Shown: positions 28,313 through 36,925, numbered from the stretch's first letter. The stretch is DNA of 64,000 nt from Candidatus Daviesbacteria bacterium (GCA_016176415.1 JACOXH010000002.1:32072-96071), one strand, 5' to 3'. The notes: a model not told the origin generated them from the sequence alone. Made by a program: numbers and translations.

Positions 28313-29237
28313 GCAGGATTTGAAGCTAAAAGTTAGAGAAAATATTGATATAACGGTCTAAACTAACAAAGAGTAGAGGAGTACCCCAAGAGTACTTGCC
28401 ACTTCGTGGTGGCGTGTGAAAAATTTACTCAAATTCCGTGAAAAGAATAATTGATATGGTTTGATATAGTTGCTAGGCACGAAGATTAAAAATTATAGGG
28501 TATATATTGTCCGGCGGGCAGAATGCTTGTCTCTGCGCTATTGAGGCTGTAGCACGCTTTTCTTTATTTACCAGCCTCCTTCCTTACAATACTCTTTTAG
28601 CAATGGCTGGCATAAATTGTGGATAAGTGCTAACGGTACCCAGGGTACGGGGAGGAGGTCCCTTTAGTTAAGATAAGAGTAACTAGGAAATGAGTGATGA
28701 GTCGTTTATTACTCTTACCGCGAAGTAGCAAGCTTGTTTATCCTCTTTTTCTAATAAGTTCATTCTTCCCTGCAATTTGATGTCGCACAATATGCGATAG
28801 GATAAGAAAACGGAGAAGTGGCTTTGGGCCTTTATTAGGGGTAATTAAATAAGTAGTATACAGGTAACTTAGAGGATTATTAATACAAATTTAAACAGCA
28901 TAATTCCCGTCTAAAAAATTGTTAAAATTTTTCTTCTGTTATTTTTTGCCTGATTAATGCTTTAGGGCTTTCTGACAATATAAACTTAAGGTAAGGTATC
29001 CTACCTCTTGTCCCCTCAAAAGCCGTTTTAGGGCCCTTTACGGGCTTCGTGCCTGTCAGGCTCAGATAAGATGCAGGCCATCAAAATTCAAACTTGGGAA
29101 CTTAAATTAGGTTATGGGAGCGCTATTGCATAACTCTAACACCACTTTCTTTTTAGTATTATTTTTTCTGTACCATAAAACTGATATCAAGTTTAATTTT
29201 GAGTCTGTAATTGTTGTTTGCCGTATATTTTTCCTGC
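28313..29237. other. ORF-free, hairpin-rich region (candidate structured RNA or recombination-site region)
   Basis: No ORF of 60 aa or more lies on either strand within 28313-29106; two minus-strand track ORFs at 29107..29319 and 29193..29402 overlap the 3' end and were judged spurious. There are many local stems, for example TAAGAGTAA...TTACTCTTA at 28672-28727 and GTACC-CAG-GGTAC at 28637-28649. Confidence 0.5.
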
Positions 29238-29275
29238 TTGACAAGGTTTGTTTAGCCTTGTTATTATTCTTGTAA
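29238..29275 (+). promoter_or_regulatory. promoter-like CTTGACAAGGTTTG element upstream of recombinase 1
   Basis: TTGACA lies at 29238-29243, followed by an AT-rich -10 candidate. A similar CTTGACAAAGGTTG lies at 30882, upstream of the 30931 gene. Confidence 0.3.
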
Positions 29276-29298
29276 TCAGCATTACACGAAGTATCAAT

Positions 29299-30297
29299 AT
29301 GGCTAACTCTGTTGGACAAAATTTAAATAAGATTGAAACTACTCTTCTTTTTTCCAACATGGATTTGATAGAAGACTTCTTTCTTTTTCTCCAAACCAAC
29401 AACTATTCCCCTATGACCATATATCATTATAAAAATGACATTGCTATATTTGATAATTTTCTAAAATCCAGAAATTTAAAAATTAAGGATTTGGATAAGC
29501 GTCAGATATTTGAATTTAAGGCTTATCTTTCATCTGATGAGAGGCAAAGTGCCACCACCCATCAGGAAGGGGCAAAAAGACTCTCATCAGCAAGCATAAA
29601 CAGGTGCTTATCAGCAGTCAGAGCTTATATAAGATTTTTAATTGAACAGGACTATGATACTCCTGTAGTTCCGGATCAGTTCAAAATGGTCAAACGTGAG
29701 CGTTTCCATCCTAATGTGGCAGAATTTAATGAATTGGTAGCACTCATTGAGTCACCATCAAAAATAGAACAGGATCCTGTCATAGCAGCTCGCAACAGAG
29801 CCATACTTGAAGTGTTGTTTGCGACAGGAATGCGTATTTCAGAGTTAGTTAATCTAAACAGAAGGGATTTAAACGATGAAGGAAAAATATTCATTACCGG
29901 TAAAGGGCGAAAACAGAGATTTGTTTATTTAACTCAGCGGTCACAAATCTATCTGGATCAATATTTAGCCTTAAGAAACGATAGTCAGCAGGCATTATTT
30001 ATACCTACAAAGACCCGAAGTAAAGATAAACTTTCTTCAAGGTTAACTCCCAGATATATTCAGGAAAGGCTTAAGACTTACAGAGAAAAGTTAAGGATCA
30101 ACTTGCCGACTACGCCGCATTCTTTCAGGCATGGTTTTGCAACATATTTAGCAGAAGAAGGAGCATCTCCTGCAGCAATTCAGATTTTACTGGGTCATGA
30201 ATCATTAAACACTACTACCCGTTATGTTAATGCCAGTGATCGTTTTGCCCAGGAGACTCACAGGAAATATCATCCTTTGGCTAAAAATGACAAATGA
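29299..30297 (+). CDS. tyrosine recombinase (divergent XerC/D-like integrase)
   Basis: Catalytic signature ATGMRISE (R), HSFRHGFAT (HxxR), LGHESLNTTTRYV (H, Y). ATG 29299 (MANSVGQ) is preferred over 29248. Confidence 0.8.
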   Translation: MANSVGQNLNKIETTLLFSNMDLIEDFFLFLQTNNYSPMTIYHYKNDIAIFDNFLKSRNLKIKDLDKRQIFEFKAYLSSDERQSATTHQEGAKRLSSASINRCLSAVRAYIRFLIEQDYDTPVVPDQFKMVKRERFHPNVAEFNELVALIESPSKIEQDPVIAARNRAILEVLFATGMRISELVNLNRRDLNDEGKIFITGKGRKQRFVYLTQRSQIYLDQYLALRNDSQQALFIPTKTRSKDKLSSRLTPRYIQERLKTYREKLRINLPTTPHSFRHGFATYLAEEGASPAAIQILLGHESLNTTTRYVNASDRFAQETHRKYHPLAKNDK

Positions 30298-30823
30298 AGA
30301 TTTTGTAAAGATTTTTTACAGTTACCATTACAGTCCCAGTATTGATTGGGATAGCATTGAAGAAATAGCTTGGATGCATAAAGAAGGGTTGTTTAAGTTT
30401 TCTACAGAAATTATTGCTTCGGAAGAACAGTTTAATAAAAGAATAGATACAGTTATCAAGGGTAAAAGTAAGCTGATAAGAAACGGTGAAAGCGATGGTC
30501 ATTTAGCCCTGAAATCATTTGCCAGAGATTATCTTGTTAATTGTTGTGGAGTTTCAATAAACGATATCAGGTATGAATATCCACTAATTGGTTTTGAGGT
30601 AGACGTGATCGATAAAGATTTGTATTTCCCGGCTGAATGCGGCAGTACAAATGCTCTGAAGCTTGAAAAATATCTTGCTATTCCTACTACTAAAAAGATG
30701 CTGCTTTTTCCTTATCCCCGTTTAGAAGTTAAAGTGTTCATTTTTGAAGCAAAACTATCTTTTTTAAAATATATTCAATTTAAACAAAAATTTTTAAACA
30801 AAAAAAGATCTCAATTTAGATAA
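30287..30823 (+). CDS. hypothetical protein with a PD-(D/E)xK nuclease-like motif arrangement
   Basis: GESDGHLALK ... FEVDVID ... AECGS resembles the ESxxH..K / D / ExK layout. ATG 30287 overlaps the recombinase stop by 11 nt. Confidence 0.35.
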   Translation: MTNEDFVKIFYSYHYSPSIDWDSIEEIAWMHKEGLFKFSTEIIASEEQFNKRIDTVIKGKSKLIRNGESDGHLALKSFARDYLVNCCGVSINDIRYEYPLIGFEVDVIDKDLYFPAECGSTNALKLEKYLAIPTTKKMLLFPYPRLEVKVFIFEAKLSFLKYIQFKQKFLNKKRSQFR

Positions 30824-30930
30824 GGAAACCTTGCGATCCTCCGGATCTAAATCTTAGTCGCACAATATTAGGGTCCACCCTTGACAAAGGTTGCTGCTAT
30901 AGTTCAGTATGAATATAAGCTCTAAATTTC

Positions 30931-33528
30931 ATGGGAGAATTCTTGGATTATTTTAAAAATAAAAAAAACCTCGCTAACCTACTCCTTTTGGGGATTTTAG
31001 TAATGGCCCTGCCTATTGCTGTGCAAACCATGCGCCAGTCTCAGATTATAAAATCAAGGGCTGCTGCAGGAGACATTGTATTTACAGGTAATAATTTGGT
31101 TACTTTGCCGGGGAATAAGTTAGGTTTTAAGTTAGATCCTGCAGGAAAGCCGGTAGTGGGACTAGAAATCTCCTCCCCCATTGAATCAGCTACCCAAACA
31201 GCCTGGGGAGGTTTGATGGGAATAGTATATGCAGGGCATACCTGTCCAACAACCAATGATTATTGTGATGGAACGAGATTATGCCATGATACATGCGACG
31301 CAGAAGGAAATGAAGGTCATACGTGCGAGGGTGAAAATACTTGTCCAGGATCTCAGCCTCCTCCACCTAATGCAACTTGTAGTAATGGAACAAAAAAAGT
31401 TGGAGATAAGTGGCCTGAGTGCCGCGGGTGCGATGAGGGCGTGGTTGAGTGTGTAGGGCAAGATCTATATGACTTTAAATCTGTAAAAAATCCTTCAGGT
31501 AATTGTGGACCACAATGTGCTACTAATGAATGTAAATGGAGGGGTGATTCTGCTGATAAATATAACCAATGTTGCGGAGACTTTAAAAGTCAACAGATAA
31601 CCAGAAAGAAAGATGCAAGTGGTAATATTTGTGGTTACGACAAAGGAGAATGTAATCAAACTGATCCGGCTTGCGGTGGAACTACCTGTCCTACTGGTCA
31701 GGATAAGGTTTCGGCAGCTATAGCAGCACAGATGAAAGCCGGTAATTACAGAGTTAGCGACGCTATAGTTGGTGAAGATATGCAGGAATATAAAGGAACT
31801 GGTTTATGTGGTTATAAATACTATGTGTGGCAGGGCAATTTGAGTACTGGTGAGGCTTGTGCTACGTATAGCTTTGGTAAATGGGCAGATCAGAATGCCT
31901 GTCCTAAAGGGCAGTGTACTGTTGAGTGGACTATTTCGGATAAAGTACCTGCTGCAAACAAAACTGTTTCAGTAAATATCAAAGGAGTAAAGGATTCAGG
32001 AGGTTGGCAGAATGTTGATTTACTTCTTGATGGAAGCAAAACAGGGGTAACAGCTGCCGGGATGGATGGCGGTTCCACCCCCCTATTTAAATACAATGTA
32101 AACTCCGGTAGTGCAGGTAAGCATACTTTGAGTTTTACCACCAACAGCGGCAAAGCTACCTGTACACCTGTTGGAGAGTTTACTACCGGTGGTGTTACGG
32201 ATAAGTGTCCTGCTGACAGTGCTTTGACGGTGACTCCTTCTACTGCCAAAGTTGGAGACGAGATGGTCTTTTTCTACCCTGCTGATGGCAAGCATGAGTT
32301 AAATCTTGGTACTGACACATGGAGCGAAGGGATTGACGCAGGCAGCTGTAAATTTGATCTTGGAGCTCACAAATATACCTGTAAAGCTCAAAGCGCTACT
32401 GATAATGGTTATTGGAACCATAAATGGGACAGCGGTAAACAGTGCGGTTCAGCTGCTTATAAAATTACCGGTACCACAGTTGTAACCACCACTCACTACA
32501 GAGTTGCTGAAAGCCCGACTGATTTTTCTGAAACAGGAAAATATGGTTGGCAGGAGTATACTTCTACTCCGGTGAAGACTTCTTATGAATTTAATGATAA
32601 AACTCCGGGGTTAAAAAATATCTTTGTAGAGTTTAAAGGCTCAGACGGAAAAGTATTTGGCAGAAAACCTGCTCAAATTAAACTGTTAAGCGCTGACCCA
32701 ACTATCACCAGCTGTTCATTGAGTTTTGAGGCCAATAATACTACTGTATTAAACCTGACCGGAACAGATTTTGGAAAAGATAAAGGTGCTGTTAAAAGCG
32801 GTGATAATACCCTAACTATTAAAGAATGGAAAGATAAAAGCATTAAAGCAGTTTTCCCCAGCGCTCCTGAAGGAGAAAAGCTGCCTGTAGCAGTTTCAAA
32901 TATAGACGGCCAATTAGTAGAAGGTCAATGCAGTGCCATTACATCGTTAGCGTTGGGAGCAAAAGTTTTCTGCAGGACAGCCTCCTCGCAAGATACTGAT
33001 AATGTAGACCTTGCCTTAACCGGTGACTTCCCCGGCGGTACTAAATCCAAACAAAAAGTCAAAATTGATAAAGAAGGCAATATTGCAGGTTTAAATCAAA
33101 AGATGGAAGAAGGTAAAAATTATAAATTAACCCTGAAAGCTCCAAAATCAGTCCGTAAAACTGTCAGTTTTACAGCAGTAGCGGGCGGCGCCATCAATAT
33201 CCCCAACTTTGTCTTGCCCATAGGAGATATTATGCCTGTTCCGGGTGGAGACGGCACAATTAATTCTTTGGATAAAGGTGAGTTAAATAGACAATGGATT
33301 ATTGCTCAATCAGCTACCGGCCGTTCAGGAGACTTCAATAATGACGGCAGAGTTAATTCAATAGATTGGGCCTGCATGAGGCATGATTTTGGAGCTTCAG
33401 ATGATCCTGAACCTCAAGCACCTTTAGCTACTCCCATTCCTGCCGGTATAGGCACAACAGCTCCTGCAGGAATAGGTGTAACCGTTTCAACACAAAATTT
33501 AAATGTTGGAACAACAGCTGCACCCTGA
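30931..33528 (+). CDS. large Cys-rich surface protein with IPT/Ig-like repeats and a C-terminal dockerin-like module
   Basis: N-terminal TM/signal anchor and an approximately 240 aa Cys-rich region. An IPT-like segment (ITSCSLSFEANNTTVLNLTGTDFG) follows. The C-terminus has duplicated Ca-binding-type segments GGDGTINSLD and GDFNNDGRVNSID. Confidence 0.65.
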   Translation: MGEFLDYFKNKKNLANLLLLGILVMALPIAVQTMRQSQIIKSRAAAGDIVFTGNNLVTLPGNKLGFKLDPAGKPVVGLEISSPIESATQTAWGGLMGIVYAGHTCPTTNDYCDGTRLCHDTCDAEGNEGHTCEGENTCPGSQPPPPNATCSNGTKKVGDKWPECRGCDEGVVECVGQDLYDFKSVKNPSGNCGPQCATNECKWRGDSADKYNQCCGDFKSQQITRKKDASGNICGYDKGECNQTDPACGGTTCPTGQDKVSAAIAAQMKAGNYRVSDAIVGEDMQEYKGTGLCGYKYYVWQGNLSTGEACATYSFGKWADQNACPKGQCTVEWTISDKVPAANKTVSVNIKGVKDSGGWQNVDLLLDGSKTGVTAAGMDGGSTPLFKYNVNSGSAGKHTLSFTTNSGKATCTPVGEFTTGGVTDKCPADSALTVTPSTAKVGDEMVFFYPADGKHELNLGTDTWSEGIDAGSCKFDLGAHKYTCKAQSATDNGYWNHKWDSGKQCGSAAYKITGTTVVTTTHYRVAESPTDFSETGKYGWQEYTSTPVKTSYEFNDKTPGLKNIFVEFKGSDGKVFGRKPAQIKLLSADPTITSCSLSFEANNTTVLNLTGTDFGKDKGAVKSGDNTLTIKEWKDKSIKAVFPSAPEGEKLPVAVSNIDGQLVEGQCSAITSLALGAKVFCRTASSQDTDNVDLALTGDFPGGTKSKQKVKIDKEGNIAGLNQKMEEGKNYKLTLKAPKSVRKTVSFTAVAGGAINIPNFVLPIGDIMPVPGGDGTINSLDKGELNRQWIIAQSATGRSGDFNNDGRVNSIDWACMRHDFGASDDPEPQAPLATPIPAGIGTTAPAGIGVTVSTQNLNVGTTAAP

Positions 33529-33567
33529 AATATTGTAAAAGTATATTAAATATAGTACAAAAGAATT

Positions 33568-34185
33568 ATGGATGTTTTTATAAATTCTAACTTACCTGAG
33601 CAGTCTCAGAAATTAAAAAAGTTTTTGAATCCCAAAGTTATTTTTATAATTTTGGGAATAGTAGTATTGGTAGAGATTGTTTATGCTGTGAAGGTTTTAA
33701 CCTCTCCTGTTGCTCCCCCACCCTCCAGGGCTACCCAGGCAGTTTCTGCCTCATCAGGCGGAGCGATTACTTTAAATTCTGCAAAAACTACATATAAGGT
33801 AAAAGAACCTGTTTCTGTTTCCGTAGATATTAGTACCGGTGGAAAAAGAATAGGAGGAGGAGACGTGATTATCCGTTTTGACCCCAAGGTTTTGGAGGCT
33901 ACTCCGGCAGGACTGGTGACAGGACAAGTTTTTGGAGAATATCCGCTTAAGTCTGTAGACCCTAAAGCAGGCGTGATTGCCATATCAGGGATTTCTTCTT
34001 CTGAAGAAGGTTTTTCAGGTTCAGGTCAGTTTGCCATAGTAAATTTTAGAGCCAAAGCTGCAGGTACTACTCCGTTGACAATAGAATATCAAAAAGACTC
34101 AACAACAGACTCTAATTTAGTGGAGATTTCAACTTCCCAAGACATTCTGGAGAATATCCGCAATTTACAGCTGACAATACAATGA
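33568..34185 (+). CDS. N-terminally anchored cohesin-like domain protein
   Basis: TM helix followed by VSVSVDISTGGKRIGGGDVIIRFDPKVLE...FAIVNFRAKAAGTTPLTI (cohesin-like pattern). Confidence 0.55.
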   Translation: MDVFINSNLPEQSQKLKKFLNPKVIFIILGIVVLVEIVYAVKVLTSPVAPPPSRATQAVSASSGGAITLNSAKTTYKVKEPVSVSVDISTGGKRIGGGDVIIRFDPKVLEATPAGLVTGQVFGEYPLKSVDPKAGVIAISGISSSEEGFSGSGQFAIVNFRAKAAGTTPLTIEYQKDSTTDSNLVEISTSQDILENIRNLQLTIQ

Positions 34186-34895
34186 TAAAGTCAATTGCCC
34201 TGCTTTTTGTTTTATCTTTTTGGCTTTTAGCGCTGCCTGCTGAGGCTTTAGCAGCAACTTTATCACTCTCCCCTTCTTCGGGTACATTAAACAGAGGGTG
34301 TCCTGTCTCCCTGGATGTAATAGTGGATACTCAAGGCGCCCAAACAGACGGTACAGATGCCATATTGGTATACGATGCTACCAGATTTACTGCCAGCAGT
34401 ATCACACCAGGTACTATTTATCCTGATTTTCCGGGTAATAACATTAATGAGACCAGCGGCAAAATTACTATTTCCGGACTGGCTTCAGTGTCAACCCCTT
34501 TTACAGGTAAAGGCGCGCTGGCCAAAATTAACTTAACTGTGAAAGATGAGGCTCCGACAGGTTCTACCAAAATACAATTTGATTTTGATCCCAATGATAA
34601 AGGCAAAACTACGGATTCCAATATAGTTGAAAGAACAACGGTGGCTGATGTTTTGAATGCTGTGACAGACGGTAATTACATCATTGGTACAGGAGCCTGT
34701 GGTTCTCAGCCTGTAGCAACTACAGCTCCAAAACCCATTGGAGGTGAAGGCACTCCTTCAGGCCAGCCAAAAACCATTGATGATTTAGTTGATAAAGACG
34801 GAAAAGGTCCCGGTACGCCCCAACTGACTTACACAATAGCAATTATAGGATCAGTTTTGACAGTTTTAGGTATTTTAGGTTTGGCTCTGCTATGA
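34182..34895 (+). CDS. secreted cohesin-like domain protein with a C-terminal TM anchor
   Basis: Signal peptide, then VSLDVIVDTQGAQTDGTDAILVYDATRF...LAKINLTVKDEAPTGSTKIQF, and a C-terminal IAIIGSVLTVLGILGLALL. Confidence 0.55.
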   Translation: MIKSIALLFVLSFWLLALPAEALAATLSLSPSSGTLNRGCPVSLDVIVDTQGAQTDGTDAILVYDATRFTASSITPGTIYPDFPGNNINETSGKITISGLASVSTPFTGKGALAKINLTVKDEAPTGSTKIQFDFDPNDKGKTTDSNIVERTTVADVLNAVTDGNYIIGTGACGSQPVATTAPKPIGGEGTPSGQPKTIDDLVDKDGKGPGTPQLTYTIAIIGSVLTVLGILGLALL

Positions 34896-35812
34896 CCCTT
34901 TCTGCGCGAATCACAGACTTTTTAGAGTATCTGGAGCTTGAGCGTAATGTCTCACAGCTGACTATCAGAAATTACGATCATTATTTAAAGAGGTTTTTGG
35001 AATTTTCCGGTGACATTGATCCTAAAGAGATAAATTTAAATTTAGTGCGTAAATTCAGGCTTTATCTGTCGCGCTGGAGCGATCCCAAAACAGGAAAACC
35101 TCTTAAAAGGATCACTCAAAATTACTTTATGATAGCTTTAAGAGCTTTTTTGCGGTATTTGGCAAGAGTAGATATTGTAACTTTATCTGCTGAAAAAGTG
35201 GAGCTGGGAGATCCGGAACCCAGACCTTTGAAAGTTTTGGATGAAACTCAACTTAAATCTTTACTGGAAGCGCCCAATGTAACAGAAGTGGCGGGAATAA
35301 GGGATAGGGCTATTTTGGAAACACTTTTCTCCACAGGTTTAAGGGTTTCTGAACTGGCTTCTTTAAATACAGACACTATTAATTTACAAAGGAAAGAGTT
35401 TGGAATTGTTGGTAAAGGGGGTAAAGAGCGGGTGGTGTTCGTTTCTGATTCTGCTGCCCTTTGGCTTGAAAAATATCTTTCTGCAAGACATGATACGTAT
35501 AAACCTTTGTTTATCAGGTTTCAGGGTAAAGAAAATCCGGCAGATAATGGTGAGGCAATGAGGCTGACTCCCCGATCAATAGAGAGGATTGTGGAAAAAT
35601 ATGTCAAACAATTAGGCTTTTCTGTAAAAGCCACCCCTCATACTTTAAGGCATTCTTTTGCCACAGATTTACTGATCAATGGGGCTGACATACGCTCTGT
35701 ACAGGAAATGTTGGGTCATTCCAATATTTCCACCACCCAAATCTACACCCACGTTACCAATACGCATCTTAAAGATGTGCATAAGGCGTTTCATTCAGGC
35801 AATAAGGACTAA
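34892..35812 (+). CDS. tyrosine recombinase XerC/XerD-like
   Basis: STGLRVSE, HTLRHSFATDLL, LGHSNISTTQIYTHV. Its ATG overlaps the upstream stop codon (ATGA). Confidence 0.85.
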   Translation: MTLSARITDFLEYLELERNVSQLTIRNYDHYLKRFLEFSGDIDPKEINLNLVRKFRLYLSRWSDPKTGKPLKRITQNYFMIALRAFLRYLARVDIVTLSAEKVELGDPEPRPLKVLDETQLKSLLEAPNVTEVAGIRDRAILETLFSTGLRVSELASLNTDTINLQRKEFGIVGKGGKERVVFVSDSAALWLEKYLSARHDTYKPLFIRFQGKENPADNGEAMRLTPRSIERIVEKYVKQLGFSVKATPHTLRHSFATDLLINGADIRSVQEMLGHSNISTTQIYTHVTNTHLKDVHKAFHSGNKD

Positions 35813-35951
35813 AGACCTTGTTTCGTCTGAAGGAGTAAAAACGCCTTGCGGGCTAATCGCCCTAAAGACTTTTCATTCTGGAAATAATAAGGAATAAAAG
35901 TCTTGCGAGCTAATCGCTCTTAAATCATTCCATTCAGGAAACAAGGAATAG
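35786..35951. repeat. reiterated copies of the recombinase gene 3' end (about 2.5 tandem units of about 57 nt)
   Basis: TTCATTCAGGCAATAAGGACTAA (the gene end), TTCATTCTGGAAATAATAAGGAATAA and TTCCATTCAGGAAACAAGGAATAG. The units are separated by CTTGCG(G/A)GCTAATCGC(C/T)C. Confidence 0.7.
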
Positions 35952-35952
35952 T

Positions 35953-36318
35953 TTATTTTCCTATTTTACCTAAATCTTTGTAGATGCTGTTTAGGATACT
36001 GGCAACAAAGGCTAAAACTATTGCTCCGATTATCGCTGGTACCCAGCCTTCAAGAGTAAAACCAGGCACCACCGAGGCTACTATAAATAAGACTATTGCA
36101 TTTATCACAAATGCAAACAGTCCCAAAGTGACTATGGTAAACGGCGCGCTGATAAAACTTAAGATAGGTTTTATAAAGGTATTAACAACTCCCAACACTA
36201 TGGCAGCCAAAACTGCTGTGGTGAAAGTGTCTACTTTAAATCCCGGTACAATGTAAGCTGTTCCCAGAAGGGCCAGAGCGTTAACAATTAATGCTATAAG
36301 AATATGCAAATTTATCAC
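35953..36318 (-). CDS. DUF360 / phage holin family IV-like membrane protein
   Basis: 121 aa with 4 TM segments. GTAYIVPGFKVDTF...VNTFIKPIL pattern. Confidence 0.6.
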   Translation of the reverse strand: MINLHILIALIVNALALLGTAYIVPGFKVDTFTTAVLAAIVLGVVNTFIKPILSFISAPFTIVTLGLFAFVINAIVLFIVASVVPGFTLEGWVPAIIGAIVLAFVASILNSIYKDLGKIGK

Positions 36319-36373
36319 CCCCTCAATTTATTATTGGATTAATTCTAATCCTTTGTCAATCTGATAAAATGGA

Positions 36374-36925
36374 ATGATGGATCCAAAAGTAAAAAAGGTA
36401 ATTTTTAAAACAGTACTTTTTATTTTGAGCTTAAGCATGGCATGGTATTTGTTTAAGGGCGGTTTTTTACAAAGTTTAGCAAATGAGATTTTACCTTTTA
36501 AATTTATTGCCGAATTTTTAGCAGGTATGCTATATACTTCTTTCTTAACTTCTCCAGTTTCTGTAGCCATGATTGCAGCGCTGGCAAAAACAAGTAATCC
36601 CGTTACTTTGGCTCTTTTGGCAGGTTTGGGGGCAGCTTTTTCGGATCTTTTGATTGTACGCTTCTTCAGAGGCGTTTCAAAAGATATTAATTTAATTTCT
36701 GAACAGTTAAGACTTAATCAGATAACTGCTTTGTTGAAAAAGTGGAAAATTGAATTCCTGGTTCCTTTGATTGGTATATTTATTGTGGCTTCTCCCCTGC
36801 CTGATGAGGTGGGACTCATGATGTTGGGTGCTTCTAAGTTAAAATATTTTCAGCTGGCTATTTTAACATATGTTTTAAATACAGCAGGAATTTTATTGAT
36901 TGTTATACCCTTTAATTTATTATGA
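36374..36925 (+). CDS. multi-pass membrane protein
   Basis: Hydrophobic profile. Its stop overlaps the ATPase start codon. Confidence 0.45.
   Translation: MMDPKVKKVIFKTVLFILSLSMAWYLFKGGFLQSLANEILPFKFIAEFLAGMLYTSFLTSPVSVAMIAALAKTSNPVTLALLAGLGAAFSDLLIVRFFRGVSKDINLISEQLRLNQITALLKKWKIEFLVPLIGIFIVASPLPDEVGLMMLGASKLKYFQLAILTYVLNTAGILLIVIPFNLL

Noticed and set aside
28474-29056. A 10-bp inverted repeat (AGGCACGAAG / CTTCGTGCCT) might flank an invertible segment.
   Set aside because: The flanks do not extend the match. A 10-mer inverted match within about 900 nt of AT-rich sequence is expected by chance at appreciable frequency.
28313-29298. I considered whether the ORF-free region is a tmRNA, RNase P RNA, SRP RNA or a tRNA integration target.
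   Set aside because: Neither strand has a GGUUCGA-type T-loop with a matching acceptor stem. GGGGAGGAGGTCCC only loosely resembles the RNase P P4 strand, has no partner strand, and has the wrong spacing to the TAAGAG word. GTCAGGCTCAGATAAGATGCAGGCC resembles the SRP helix 8 words but cannot form the GNRA-capped helix. tmRNA and RNase P cannot be excluded without a covariance-model search.
35679-35897. The supplied 72-aa ORF overlapping the end of the recombinase gene.
   Set aside because: It exists only because the reiterated 3'-end repeat provides an open frame ending in a second FHSGNNKE-stop. It lies in an alternative frame of a well-supported gene.
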